Positions 10,991 through 24,450 of a stretch of DNA of 64,000 bases are shown one piece after another. The notes beneath the pieces are model-generated. The model did no database searches. It saw only the letters and a list, made by a program, of their open reading frames with translations, and was not told the origin of the DNA. The translations under genes were made by a program, and so were the position numbers. Within the stretch, counting starts at the first letter, position 1. Every line of letters starts with the position of its first letter. The stretch spans positions 3,162,001 through 3,226,000 of the forward strand of contig NC_086097.1 in the NCBI RefSeq assembly GCF_963921235.1. Direction: 5' to 3'. The DNA is from Mobula hypostoma. Its lineage: Eukaryota.

Positions 10991-12012
10991 CAAAATCAGC
11001 ATCAGGTTTATTATCACCGGCATATGTCGTGAAATTTGTTAATTTAGAAGCAGCAGTTCAATGCAATACATAATAAAGAAGAAAAAAATAATTAATAGTC
11101 AGAGTCATATTCATACTTTATTGATCCCGGGGGAAATTATACCTATATTGAATATCTGCACCTTGTAAGGCATGAAAATGCCCGATGCAGGCCTCTCATG
11201 TCTGAGTCGACGTTCCTGTATATTGAATAGATTAAAAATTGTGCAAAATACAGAAATAATATATATTAAAAAAGTGAGGTAGTGTTCACGGGTTCAATGT
11301 CCATTTAGGAATCGGATGGCAGAGGGGAAGAAGCTGTTCCTGAATCACTGAGTGTGTGCCTTCAGGCTTCTGTATCTCCTACCTGATGGTAACAGTGAGA
11401 AAAGGGCAGCCCTGGGTGCTGGAGGTCCTTAGTAATGGACGCTGTCTTTCTGAGACACCACTCCCTAAAGATGTCCTGGGTACTTTGTGGGCTAGTACCC
11501 AAGATGGAGCCGACTAAATTTACAACCCTCTGCAGCTTCTTTCAGTCCTGTGCAGTAGCTCCTCCCCACGCACCCCCCCTCCATACCAGACAGCGATGCA
11601 GCCTGTCAGAATGCTCTCCACGGTACATCTATAGAAGCTTTTGAGTGTATTTGTTGACATACCAAATCTCTTCAAACTCCTAATGAAGTATAGCCACTGC
11701 CTTGCCTTCTTTATAACTGCATTAATATGTTGGGACCAGGTTAAATCCTCAGAGAAAATTTGACCAAGGAACTTGAAACTGCTCACTCTCTCCAGTTCTG
11801 ATCCCTCTATGAGGATTGGTATGTGTTCCTTCGTCTTACCCTTCCTGAAGTCCACAATCAGCTCTTTCATCTTACTGATGTTGAGTGCCAGGTTGTCGCT
11901 GAAACACCACTCCACCAGTGGACATATCTTGCTCCTGTACGCCCTATCATCACCATATGAGATTCTACCAACAATGGTTGTATCCTCAGCAAATTTATAG
12001 ATGGTGTTTGAG

Positions 12013-12806
12013 TGGTGAAAACATCAGATATGCAGATGACACTGTTAATTACAAGTACGGAGGAAGAACTGCAAAACTTAATTGATATAGTTGTTTAAGA
12101 AAGTGCAAAAATGGGTCTATCTATCAATTGCCAAAAGACAGAATGTATAGTGATATCCAAAAAGAAGGAGAATCCTATCTGCAGGCTGAGAATAAACGGG
12201 GAAGACATAAAGCAAGTACAGAAATTCTGTTACTTAGGAAGCTGGATGGCATCAGATGGCAGGTGCGATATGGACATCAAGAGAAGAATAGGGATGGCAA
12301 AAGACACCTTTACGAGAATGAACAGTATACTGACCAATACTAAACTAGGCACGACAACCCGCCTCAGAGTACTGAAATGTTATGTTTATCCAGTTATGTT
12401 ATATGGCTCAGAATGTTGGACAATATCTAGTAACATGAGGAAATGAATTGGAGCAGCAGAGATGTGGTTTTTGAGGAGGATGCAAAGAATATCATGGATG
12501 AAATGAATATCTAACGAGGATGTCATGAACAGAGTAAACACAAAAAGAGAAATAATGTATGAGATCATGAAAAGGCAACCTAACTTCATTGGACATGTGA
12601 TTAGGAAAGAGGAGTTAGAATGCACAGTAATTATGGGAATGATCGAAGGGAAGAAAGCAAAAGGAAGACAGAGACAAATGATAGAGACAGCAGCCAGAGA
12701 ACTGGAAATGAATACCAATGAATTGATCTACTTGATCTGAAACAGGAGTGTGTGGGCCATGGCAGTCAAAGCTCAAACTGGGCACGGCACCTGATGATGA
12801 TGATGA
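12013..12806 (+). mobile_element. 5'-truncated RTE-clade LINE
   Basis: IRYADD, DIKRRIGMAK, YPVMLYGSECW; (TGA)n tail; TTTGAG TSD at 12007-12012 and 12807-12812. Confidence 0.85.
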
Positions 12807-12909
12807 TTTGAGCTGTGCTTAGCCACACAGTCATGGGTATAGAGAGAGTAGAACAGTGGGTTTAGCACACACCCCTGAGGTGCACCATTGTTGATCATCA
12901 GTGACAAAA

Positions 12910-13462
12910 ACCACATAATTATAACATATAGTTACAACAGTGCAAAGCAATACCGTAACTTGATAAAGAACAGACCATGGGCATGGTAAAAAAAAAAGTC
13001 TCAAAGTCTCTCGAAAGTCCCATCATCTCATGCAGACGGTTGAAGGAAGAAAAGCTCTCTCTGCCATGAGCTTCCAGCGCCGCAAACTTGCCGATGCAGC
13101 ACCCTGGAAGCACCCGACCACAGTCCGACTCTTGAGTCCATCCGAAAACTTCAAGCCTCCGACCAGCCCTCTGACACCGAGCACCGAGCACCGAGCACCA
13201 TCTCAGCTGAGCGCTTCGACCCCTGATCCTGGCAACAGGCAGTAGGCAAAGCTGAGAATTTGGGGCCTTCCCCTCTGGAGATTCTCGATCGCACAGTAGC
13301 AGCGGCAGCGAAGTGGGCATTTTAGAATTTTCTCCAGATGTTCCGCCGTGCTTCTCATGTCTGTCTCCATCAAATCAGGATTGTGCACGGCATCCTACTT
13401 CACAAATACGATATCATTTTGGAGTGGCCGCGCGCGTTGCGTCGCGCTACCATCTTCTCCTC
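12910..13462 (-). mobile_element. CpG-rich non-coding insert, probably LINE 5'UTR-derived or non-autonomous element
   Basis: Minus strand begins GGAGGAGAAGATGGTAGCGCGACGC; abrupt GC/CpG shift; no credible ORF. Confidence 0.45.
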
Positions 13463-14170
13463 CCTAAGGATTGTGGGAATGATGGTATCTGACATAGGTG
13501 TTTGTGTTGTCCAGGTGGTCTAAGGCCGTGTGAAGAGCCATTGAGATTGTGTCTGCCATTGACTTATTGTGGCAATAGGCAAATTGCAATGGGTCCAGGT
13601 CCTTGCTGAGGCAGGAGTTCACTCTCTTTATATTTAACCTTCGAAGGTGTAACATTTCACATTTATTTCACCTTGGTAAGTCAAAGAGGGTGATTAAAAG
13701 CTATTTCCACTGACTTGCAGTTATGCCAGATTTTCTGAAGTGGTCATCCCATGGCCTAACCTCTTATCTTCTTCATACAGAGAGAGATTTGAAAAGATTT
13801 TGCTAACAACACTTTACAGGACCAGTGATCTCAGTTTCCTCTGGGTGATCTGGTTTCCTCCCACACCCAAAGATGAATTGGTTGGTAGGTTAATTGGTCA
13901 TTGTAAATTGTTCCGTGATTACGCGAGGATTAAATTGGGGGATTGTTGGGCAGAGTGGCTCGAAGGGCCGGAAGGGCCTATACTGCACTGTATCGGAATA
14001 CTTAAATAACATCAATGTTACATCAGTTTAAGAGATTATGAGACCATAAGACGTAGGAGCAAAATTAGTCCATCCGGCCCATCAAGTCTGCTCCAACATT
14101 CCATTTTGGCCTTTGAAATTTTGATCGATTTCAATGAGATCGCCACTCATTCTTCCAACTCCAGTGAGTA

Positions 14171-15965
14171 CATAGAAAAACATAGAAACATAGAAAATAG
14201 GTGCAGGAGTAGGCCATTTGGCCCTTCGAGCCTGCACCGCCATTCAGTATGATCATGGCTGATCATTCAACTCAGAACCCTGTACCAGCCTTCCCTCCAT
14301 ACCCCCTGATATCTTTAGCCACAAGGGCCATATCTAACTCCCTCTTAAATATAGCCAATGAACTGGCCTCAACTGTTTCCTCTGGCAGAGAATTCCACAG
14401 ATTCACCACTCTCTGTGTGAAGAAGTTTTTCCTAATCTCAGTCCTAAAAGGCTTCCCTTTTATCCTCAAACTGTGACCCCTCGATCTGGACTTCCCCAAC
14501 ATCGGGAACAATCTTCCTGCATCTAGCCTGTCCAATCCCTTTAGGATTTTATATGTTTCATAAGATCCCCCCCTCAATCTTCTAAATTCCAACAAGTATA
14601 AGCCTAGAGTTGATCCAGTCTTTCATCATATGAAAGTCCTGCCATCCCAGGAATCAATCTGGTGAACCTTCTTTGTACTCCCTCTATGGCAAGGATGTCT
14701 TTCCTCAGATTAGGGGACCAAAACTGCACACAATACTCCAGGTGTGGTCTCACCAAGGCCTTGTTCAACTGCAGTAGTACCTCCCTGCTCCTGTACTCGA
14801 ATCCTCTTGCTATAAATGCCAGCATACCATTTGCCTTTTTCACCACCTGCTGTACCTGCATGCCCACTTTCAATGACTGGTGTATAATGACACCCAGGTC
14901 TCGTTGCACCTCCCCTTTTCCTAATTGGCCACCATTCAGATAATAATCTGTTTTCCTATTTTTGCCACCAAAGTGGATAACCTCACATTTATCCACATCA
15001 AATTGCATCTGCCATGAATTTGCCCACTCACCTAACCTATCCAAGTCACCCTGCATCCTCTTAGCATCCTCCTCACCGCTAACACTGCCGCCCAGCTTCA
15101 TGTCATCCGCAAACTTGGAGATACTGCATTTAATTTCCTCATCCAAGTCATTAATATATATTGTAAACAACTGGGGTCCCAGCATTGAGCCTTGCGGTAC
15201 CCCACTAGTCACTGCCTGCCATTCTGAAAAGGTCCCGTTTATTCCCACTCTTTGCTTCCTGTCTGCCAACCAATTCTCTATCCACATCAATACCTTACCC
15301 CCAATACCGTGTGCCTTAAGTTTGCACACTAATCTCCTGTGTGGGACCTTGTCAAAAGCCTTTTGAAAATCCAAATATACCACATCCGCTGGTTCTCCCC
15401 TATCCACTCTACTAGTTACATCCTCAAAAAATTCTATGAGATTCGTCAGACATGATTTTCCTTTCACAAATCCATGCTGACTTTGTCCGATGATTTCACC
15501 GCTTTCCAAATGTGTTGTTATCACATAGAGTCAGATAACTGACTCTAGCAGTTTCCCCATCACCGATGTTAGGCTAACCGGTCTATAATTCCCCGGTTTC
15601 TCTCTCCCTCCTTTTTAAAAAGTGGGGTTATATTAGCCACCCTCCAATCCTCAGGAACTAGTCCAGAATCTAACGAGTTTTGAAAAATTATCACTAATGC
15701 ACCTACTATTTCTTGGGCTACTTCCTTAAGCACTCTGGGATGCAGACCATCTGGCCCTAGGGATTTATCTGCCTTTAATCCCTTCAATTTACCTAACACC
15801 ACCTCCCTACTAACATGTATTTCCCTCAGTTCCTCCATCTCACTGGACCCTCTGTTCCCTACTATTTCCGGAAGATTATTTATGTCCTCCTTAGTGAAGA
15901 CAGAACCAAAGTAATTATTCAATTGGTCTGCCATGTCCTTGCTCCCCATAGTCAATTCACCTGTA
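14171..15965 (-). mobile_element. Young 5'-truncated CR1 LINE
   Basis: 306-aa open RT (QHGF, LDFQKAFDKV, GVPQGS, FADD, LVRPHLEYC); (TTTCTATG)n tail. Confidence 0.93.
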
Positions 15966-16139
15966 CAGGCCCAGAGCCATCAAACGCTCCTTATATGTTA
16001 ACCCTTTCTTTCCAGGAATTGTTCTTGTAAGCCTCCTCTGGACCTGCTACAATGCCAGCAAATCTTTTCTTAGGTAAGGGGCACAAAACTGCTCGCAATA
16101 CTTCAAGTGTGGTCTGACCATTGCCTAATAAAGACTCAG

Positions 16140-16785
16140 CATAGGACACTCAAAGCTGCTGTGCAGTTTGACTCTGTGGTTAAGAAGGCATACGGTGCAT
16201 TGGCCTTCATCAACTGCAAGATTGAGTTTAAGAGCCGAGAGGTAATGTTGCAGCTATATAGGACCCTGGTCAGACCCCACCTGGAGTACTGTGCTCAGTT
16301 CTGGTCACCAGAAGGAAGGATGTGGAAACCATAGAAAGGGTGCAGAGGAGATTTACAAGGATGTTCCCTGAATTGGGAGCATGTCTTATGAGAATAGGTT
16401 GAGTGAACCTGGCCTTTTCTCCTTGGAGGGACGATGAGAGGTGTATAAGATGATGAGAGGCATTAATCGTGTGGATAGTCAGAGGCTTTTTCCCAGGGCT
16501 GAAGTGGCTAACATGAGAGAGCACAGGTTTAAGGTGCTTGGAAGTAGGTATAGAGGAGATGTCAGGGGTAAGTTTTTTACGCAGAGAGTGGTGAGTGTGT
16601 GGAATGGGCTGCCGGCGACAGTGGTGACAATGGTGAAGGCAGGTATGATAGGGACAGGTATTTGGAACTCAGAAAAATAGAGGGCTATGGGTAACCCTAG
16701 GTAATTTTTCAGGTAAGGACATGTTGGGCACAGCTTTGTGGGCCAAAGGGCCTGTATTGTGCTGTGGGTTTTCTATGTTTCTATG
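16140..16785 (+). mobile_element. CR1 3' fragment
   Basis: LVRPHLEYCAQFWSP, FFTQRVV; TTTCTATG tail. Confidence 0.85.
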
Positions 16786-17430
16786 TTATCTGAAAATTCA
16801 ACGAAGTTCTATAGATGTGTTGTAGAGAGTACACTGACTGGCTGCATCACAGCCTGGTATGGAAACACCAATGCCCTTGAACAGAAAAGCCTACAAAAAG
16901 TAGTGAATGCAGCCCAGTCCATCACAAAAAGCCCTCCCTTCCACTGAGCACATCTACACGGAACATTGTCGCAGGAAAGTAGAATCCTTTATCAAGGACC
17001 TCCACCGCCAGTCCATGCTCTCTCCTTGCTGCTGCTGTCAGGAAGGAGGTACAAGGCCCTCAGGACAGACCTAATGAGGTTAAAGAACAGTTATTATCCC
17101 TCAGCCACCAGGCTCCTCAGCCATAGCGGATTACTTCACACAGCTCAACACTGAATTGATTGCACAACCTAGTGACTCATGTCCACAACTCATGTTCTCA
17201 ATATTACTTATTTATTTATTCCTGTTACCATTTTGTTTTTTTTTCTTTTTATATTTACACGGATTTTTGCCTTTTGCAGATTGGTTGTTTGTCCATCTTT
17301 GTTTTCTGCATTCTCTCATTGATTCTACTGTGATTTTTTTTGCATTTACTGTGAATACACACAAGAAGATGAATCTCATGGTGGTATCTAGTGATATACA
17401 TGTACTTTGATAATAAATTTACATTAGGCT
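16786..17430 (+). mobile_element. Rex1/Babar 3' fragment
   Basis: ESTLTGCITAWYG, LSGRRY; 3' end with AATAAA. Confidence 0.75.
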
Positions 17431-18104
17431 TTGAGCTCAAGATGACGGAAAGGGAAGAAATGAAAGATGGGTGGTACATTGAGTTTTGAAGCAAAGGTAA
17501 AATACAAAATGGATTGAATGCTGGACTGTCAGCCTACTCCCTCTCTAGCCTGATACTCACAGCACTCTATTATGGCAAGCATGTGCCGTACACTTTCTCT
17601 GCCCATGACTTCAATTTTGGGTTCCAGTATCTGCAGTTTTGCTAAACATTGCTAGTTTTTTTCGTCTAAATTCTCCTTTTCCAACCATACAATTCTGCAA
17701 ATCTTGCTGAGTGCAGAAATTAATTAACAACCCACAGACGAGGAAGAGAGATTGAATAAATTTGTTAATTGCAAGCTGCTGGCCAATCTGTGCTGCTCTG
17801 GCATTAGCTTTGTGTTGACTGCATCACATCCTTTTTGTCGCAGTGATTTTCAGGAAATTGGTACATTTGCACATTAACCTTCCATTAAACTCACCACAGA
17901 AAGTCAAGTGATTAATCACATAATTACACTTTCAACAACATTACAATAATTACCATTCACCATTCATCCTCTCATGCTCAATACATGAACAGTCGGTGCA
18001 AATGTTTTTGATTTTGAAAAGGCAAATTGTGATTCTGTGTTTTTTTTCTATCTGTCTGCTCTATCATTAACTTTAATTCAATATTTTTCTCATTCCCTCG
18101 TCTG

Positions 18105-19650
18105 TTTTTTAAGGAAGCTAGAGGATTCAAAGCTTTTAAAAACCAACAGAAGGCAACTAAAAAAAAACATAAGGAGAGAAAAGACAAAATATGAAGGGAA
18201 GCTACCCAGTAATATACAAGAGGATACAAAAAGACTTTTCAGATATTTAAAGAGTAAAAGAGAGATGACAGTGGATATCAAACCGCTGGAAAATGACACT
18301 GGGGAGGTAGTAATTGGGTACAAAGAAATACCAAAGGAACCTAATAAGTATTTTGTGTAGCTGAAGGCATTAGTAATGATCTTTCAAGAATCTTTAGATG
18401 CTGGAATGGTTCTGGAGGACTGGAAAATTGCAAATGTTACTCCACTCTTTAAACCAGGAGAAAGGCAGAAGAAAATATGTTGTAGGCCAGTTAGCTTGAC
18501 CTCAGTAGTTGGGAAGATGTTGGAGTCCATATTAAGGATGAGGTTTCAAGGTACTTGGAGGCACATGATAAAATAGGCCAAAGTCAACATGGTTTCTTCA
18601 AGGGGAAAGATTGCCTGACAAATATGTTGGAACTCTTTGAGGAAATAACAGGCAAGACAAACCAAGGAGAGTCAGTGGATGTTGTTTACTTGGATTCTCA
18701 GAAAGTCTTTAACGAGGCGCTGCATGAGGCTGCTTAACAAAATAAGAGCCTGTGGTATTACAGAAAAGATACTACAGCACCTCTACTTCCTTAAGAGTTT
18801 GCAAGGATTTGGCATGACATCCAAAACTTCGACCAACTTCTAAAGATGTGTGATGGAGAGTATATTGACTGGCTGCATCACAGCCTGCTATGCAAACACC
18901 AATGCCCTTAAATGGAAAATCCTCCAAAAAGTAATGGATATGGCCCAGTCCATCGAAGGTACTGCCCTCCCCACCACTGATCACACTTACAGAGTGTTGT
19001 TGCACGATAGCAGCATTCATCATCAGAGATTCCCACCATCAAGGTCATGCTCTCTTTTCGCGGCTGCAGTCTGGAAGGTGGTACACGAGTCTCAGGACTC
19101 ACACCACCAGTATCAGGAACAGTTATCACCCCTCAACCATCAGGCTCTTGAACCAAAGGGGATAACTAGCAGAGATATTTAAATTTCTATGGCCCGAGGA
19201 AAGATATTTAAATCATCCTTAGTGACAGGTGAGATATCAGAGGATTGGAAGGTAGCCAATATTGTTCCACTGTTCAAGAAAGGCTCTTAAAAAAAAACTC
19301 AGGAGATTATAGGCCGGTGACCCTGATATCAGTAATGGGAAAGTTATTGGAAGATATTTTGAGGGACTGGATATGTATGTATTTGGATAGATATGGACTG
19401 ATTAATTATAATGAGCATGGTTTTGTGAGTGTTAGGTCATGTCTAACCAATCTTACAGAGTGTTTCGATGAAGTTACCAGGAAAGTAGATCAAGACAAGG
19501 TGGTGGATGTTGTCCACATAGAATTTAGTGAAGTATTTGACAAGGTCCCGCACGGGAGATTGGTCAAGGAGTCGCTCGGCATGCAAGATGAGATAGAAGA
19601 TTGGATTAGACATTGGCTTTGTGGGAGAAGTAAAAGAAGAGTAGTAGATC
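18105..19650 (+). mobile_element. Mosaic of CR1 and Rex1/Babar fragments
   Basis: EDWKIANVTPLFK, QSQHGF, ESILTGCI, YRPVTL remnants with frameshifts. Confidence 0.75.
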
Positions 19651-20526
19651 AAACAAAAGAAAATCTGCAGTTGCTGGAAATCCAAACAACACACACAAAC
19701 TCAACTGGTCAGGCAGCATCTATAGAAAAATGTGAAAAGTCGATGTTTTGGGACGAGACCCTTCATAGGACTGGAAAAAAATAGCAGTTAGAGTAAGAGG
19801 GAAGCGGGCGGAGGAAGAAGTGCAAGGTGGTAGGTGATAGGTGATCGGTATTGCTATTAACTAATAATATTTATTAGTAACTACGCAATACAGTAATATA
19901 AATGCAGATAAATCAAACAGGTTAGCAATGATTATATATAAGTAAGTGTATCAGTAAGTGTGGAAATATATGAAAACCAAGCTTCTTCAAGTCTAGGGGT
20001 AAATAGATAGTCTTACGATGATGAGTAAAGTTCAGTTCAGTTCGTGGTATTGAGTTGAGTAGTGATGGAGAGAGAGAGAGAGATTTGAGTCTTCAGGTGA
20101 ACTGATGCCGTTGATCTTCCCGTTGTCCTCCAAAATCCTTTAAAAGTCACCGACTGTGACCACAACAAAGGGGACCGTTCTTCTGTGGTGGAGCTATCAA
20201 CCCAGGCGAGGATTGGACACACAAACAACTCCCCACCGGTCACTCCCTTTTCTCACTGCAAGAGCCACTGATCGATCCACCTAATTGATCCTCTGAAAAC
20301 CCACTTTTTCTGTGGGCACAACAAAGCTCATTCAGTGCCCAAAATCATGTGTTGCAGGTCAATCATCTGACCCTCTATTTATCTCCCCGTGCTGAGTACC
20401 AACTGTCATTCAAACAACAGCTCCTCCCTTCTCTCTCTGTGTAAGAATATACAAGCAGGCCATGTCCTTGTAGAAATGTAAATATGCTGCCAAAAAAATC
20501 ATAACACCATCTCCAAGCAGTCTTCA

Positions 20527-20558
<32 letters not shown>

Positions 20559-21030
20559 ACAAAATATTGGTGTTGAGCACCTCTCTCTCTCTCTTTTCAA
20601 AAACACAGTTCATGGGGGTAATTCAGGACCCCGTCACAGGTGAAACCAGGGGAGGGTGATGGGTGAAATAAAGAGCAGGGAAGCTGATAGGTGAAAGAGA
20701 TAAAGGGCTGGAGAAGGGGAAATCTGATTGGAGAGGGCAGATGACCATGGAAGAAAGGGATGGGAAGGAGCATCAGAGGGAGGTGATGAGCAGGTAAGGA
20801 AGGACTGTAGGGGCCCTGAATGGTAGTGAGGGAGGAGGTGTAGGGGCAAGTATAGCACTTGTTCCACTTGCAAGGATACTCTGAGCACTAGGAAGGAGAT
20901 CAGTGGGGAGGGATGAATGGAGAAGGGAGTCACGTAGGGAGTGATTCCTGAGGAAAGCGGAAAGTGTGGGGAGAGCAACATGTGCTTGGTGGTGGGATCC
21001 CACTGGAGGTGGCGAAAGTTACGGTAGTAG
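19650..21030 (-). mobile_element. Penelope-like fragment interrupted by a solo LTR
   Basis: Terminal repeat with degenerate hammerhead motif (~19735-19772); RNFRHLQWDPTTKH remnant shared with 53.2-54.4 kb copy. Confidence 0.75.
19845..20638 (-). mobile_element. Solo-LTR-like element
   Basis: Minus strand starts TGTGACGGGG; AATAAA near its 3' end (19870-19875); 5-bp TSD GGTGA at 19840-19844 and 20639-20643; 3' terminus is not canonical CA. Confidence 0.65.
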
Positions 21031-22060
21031 ATTGTTGCTTCTCTGACTGGAGGCCTGTGACTAGTGGTGTGCCACAGGTATTGGTGCTGAGTGGGTTTGT
21101 TGTTGTTTGTCATCTATATCAACAATCTGGATGATAATGTTGTTTACTAGATCAGCAAATTTGTGGATGACACTAAGATTGGAGGTGTTATGGACAGTGA
21201 GGAAGGCTATGAGGGCTTGCACTGGGATGTGGACCTGCTGGAAAAATGGGCAACGAAGTGGCAGATCAAATTTAATGCAGACAAGTGCGAGGTGTTGTAC
21301 TTCAGTAGGACCAACCAAGGTAGGTCTTACACAGTGAATAGTGAGGCACTGAAGAGTCTGGTATAACAACGGGATCTGGGAACACAGGGATATAATTCAT
21401 TGAAAGTGGTGTCAAAGGTAGATAGGGTCATAAAGAAAGCTTTTGGCACATTGGCCTTCTAAATCAATGTACTGAGTACTGGAGATGGGATGTGATGCTC
21501 AAGTTGTATAAGACGTTGGTGAGACCTAATTTGGAGTATTATGTGCAGATTTGGCCACCTACCTACAGGAAAGATGTAAACAAGGTTGAAAGTACAAAGA
21601 AAATTTAAAAGGTTATTGCTAAGTCTGGAGGACTTGACTTGTAAGGAAAGATTGAATAGATTAGGACATTATTCCTTAGAATGTAGAAAATTGAGGGGAG
21701 ATTTGATAGAGGTATACAAATAATGAGGGATATAGACAGGGTAGATGCAAGTGAACTTTTTCCACTGAGGTTAGGTGGAACTACAACTAGTGGTCATTGG
21801 TTAAGGGTGAAAGTTGAAAAGTTTAAGGGCAACATGAGGGGAAACTACTTCACTCAGAGGGTTGTGAGAGTGTGGAACAAGCTGCCAGCACAAGTGGTGC
21901 ATGCGAGCTTGATTCCAACATCTTAACAGAAGATTGGACAGGTACATGGTTGGTTGGGGTATGGAGGGCTATGGTCCCACCACAGGTCAATGGGAGTAAG
22001 CAGTTTAAATGGTTTCGGCATGAACTAGATGCACCGAAGAGCCTGTTTCTGTGCTGTACT
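21030..22060 (+). mobile_element. CR1 fragment
   Basis: DDTKIGG, FNADKCEV, YFTQRVV remnants. Confidence 0.85.
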
Positions 22061-22239
22061 TCACTTGCCCCATCACTGAAAAGTCCCCACAACCTATGGC
22101 CCCACCTCGATATTTATTGCTTATCTTTTATTATTTTTATTATTATTATTACTTCTCCTTTCTTTTTCCATTTGCACAGCTTGATGTCTTTTGTACACTG
22201 GTTGTATGCCCAGTCGATGTGGTCGATCACTGATTGGAA

Positions 22240-23370
22240 ATATAGAAAACATAGAAAATCCACAGCACAATACAGGCCCTTTGGCCCACAATGCTGTGCC
22301 AAACATGTACTTACTTTAGAAATTACCTGGGGTTACCCATAACCCTCTATTTTTCTGAGTTCCATATACCTGTCCAGGAGTCTCTTAAAAGACCCTATTG
22401 TACCTGTCTCCACCACCATCGCCAGCAACCCATTCCATGCACTCACCACTCTGCGTAAAAAAAACTTACCCCTGATATCTCCTCTGTACCTACTTCCAAG
22501 CACCTTAAAACTGTGCCCTCTTGTGCTAGCCGAGGAAAAAGCCTCTGACTATCCACACGATCAATGCCTCTCATCATCTTATACACCTCTATCCGGTCAC
22601 CTCTCATCCTCCGTCACTCCGCTGAGTTCACTCAACCTATTTTCATAAGTCATGCTCCCCAATCCAGGCAACATCCTTGTAAATTTCCTTTGCACACTTT
22701 CAATGGTTTCCACATCCTTCCTATAGTGAGGCGACCAGAACTGAGCACAGTACTCCAAGTAGGGTCTGACCAGGGTCCTATATAACTGCAACATTACCTC
22801 TCGGCTCCTAAACTCAATCCCACAATTGATGAAAGCCAATACACCATATGCCTTCTTAACCACAGAGTCAACCTGCGCAGCAGCCTTGAATGTCCTATTT
22901 ACACCCCAAGATCCCTCTGATCCTCCACACTGCCAAGAGTCTTACCATTAATACTATATTCTGTCATCATATTTGCCCTACCAAAATGAACCACCTCACA
23001 CTTATCTGGGTTGAACTCCGTCTGCCACTTCTCAGCCCAGTTTTGCATCCTATCAATGTCCTGCTGTAACCTGTGACAACCTTCCACACTATCCACAACA
23101 CTCCCAACCTTTGTGTCATCAGCAAATTTACTAACCATCCCTACACTTCTTCATCCAGGTAGTTTATAAAAATCATGAAGAGTAGGGGTCCCAGAACAGA
23201 TCCCTGAGGCACACCACTGGTCACCGACCTCCATGCAGGATATAACCCGTCTACAACCACTCTTTGCCTTCTGCGGGCAAGCCAGTTCTAGATCCATAAA
23301 GGCAATTCCCCTTGGACCCCATGCTTCCTTGCTTTCTCAAAAAGCCTTGCTGAAATCCATATACACTACA
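22240..23370 (-). mobile_element. CR1 fragment
   Basis: SKFADDTKVG, FNPDKCEV, LVRPYLEYC; inverted relative to CR1s at 10 and 16 kb. Confidence 0.88.
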
Positions 23371-23874
23371 TGCTGAATCTTCACGAACTTATAACAAACT
23401 AAAGACACTGTTGTGCCTTCTTTGTTATGGCAGTTACATGCTGGACCCAAGAGAGATCATCTGAAATGATAATGCCAAGGAATTTAAAGTTGCTGACCCT
23501 TTCCACTTATGATCCGCTGAGCTCAGTTATAGTGTCATAAATTTCTAGAGCATGTAAGCAGACGAAACTGCCAACGCATTCCATAGAGGCTAATGAGCAT
23601 CTATGCATATTAGTCTCATCTTCCAGCACTTGCCTGGTAACCTTCTATGATTCCTGATTCAACTGCTCGCTGACAACTTAAATGTTGTAAACAAATTGCT
23701 ACTATTCCACTTTCTTGGGTAGTATATTCCAGATATTCATCACTCTCTGAGTGAAAAGGCCCTCCATAGTTCCTATATTAATCTCTTATGTCTTACTGTA
23801 AATTTGTATCCTCTAATTTCATCTGCCTCCAATAAGGGATAAGTTTACTTCCAATTGTACTATGATCGTTCAAC

Positions 23875-24450
23875 CTGGGACACTTGGGTACTAGCCTACA
23901 AAGTACTTCTATAAATATACCATGGAGACCATTCTGACAGGCTGCATCACTGTCTGGTACGGAGAGGCTACTGCATAGGACCAAAAGTAGCTGGAGAGGG
24001 TTGTAAATCTCATCAGCTCCATCTTGGGTACTAGCCTACAAAGTACCTGGGACATCTTCAGGGAGTGGTGTCTCAGAAAGTCAGTGTCCATCAGTAAGGA
24101 CCTCCAGTGCCCAGGGCATGCCCTTTTCTCACTGTTACCATCAGGTAGGAGATACAGAAGCCTGAAGGCACACACTCAGCGATTCAGGAACAGCTTCTTC
24201 CCCTTTGCCATCTGATTCCTAAATGGACATTGGACTCATGAACACTACCTCACTTTTTAAAATATATATTATTTCTGTTTTTTGCAAGATTTTTAATCTA
24301 TTTAATACACATATACTGGTTTTGATTTACTTATTTTTCAATTATTATTATTTTTTCTTCTATATTATGTATTGCATTGAACTGCTGCTGCTAAGTTAAC
24401 AGATTTCACATCACATGCTGGTGATAATAAACCCGATTCGGATTGTGATT
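23875..24450 (+). mobile_element. Rex1/Babar 3' fragment
   Basis: ALFSLLPSGRRYRSLKAHTQRFRNSFFP; inverted homolog of 11000-11650. Confidence 0.85.

Larger units (their letters stand above)
10995..13625 (-). mobile_element. Rex1/Babar-type LINE fragment with nested RTE and a GC-rich insert
   Basis: ORF 11520-11915 (KELIVDFRK, FKFLG, KKARQWLYF, ESILTGCI); similar to the element at 230-1691. Confidence 0.85.
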
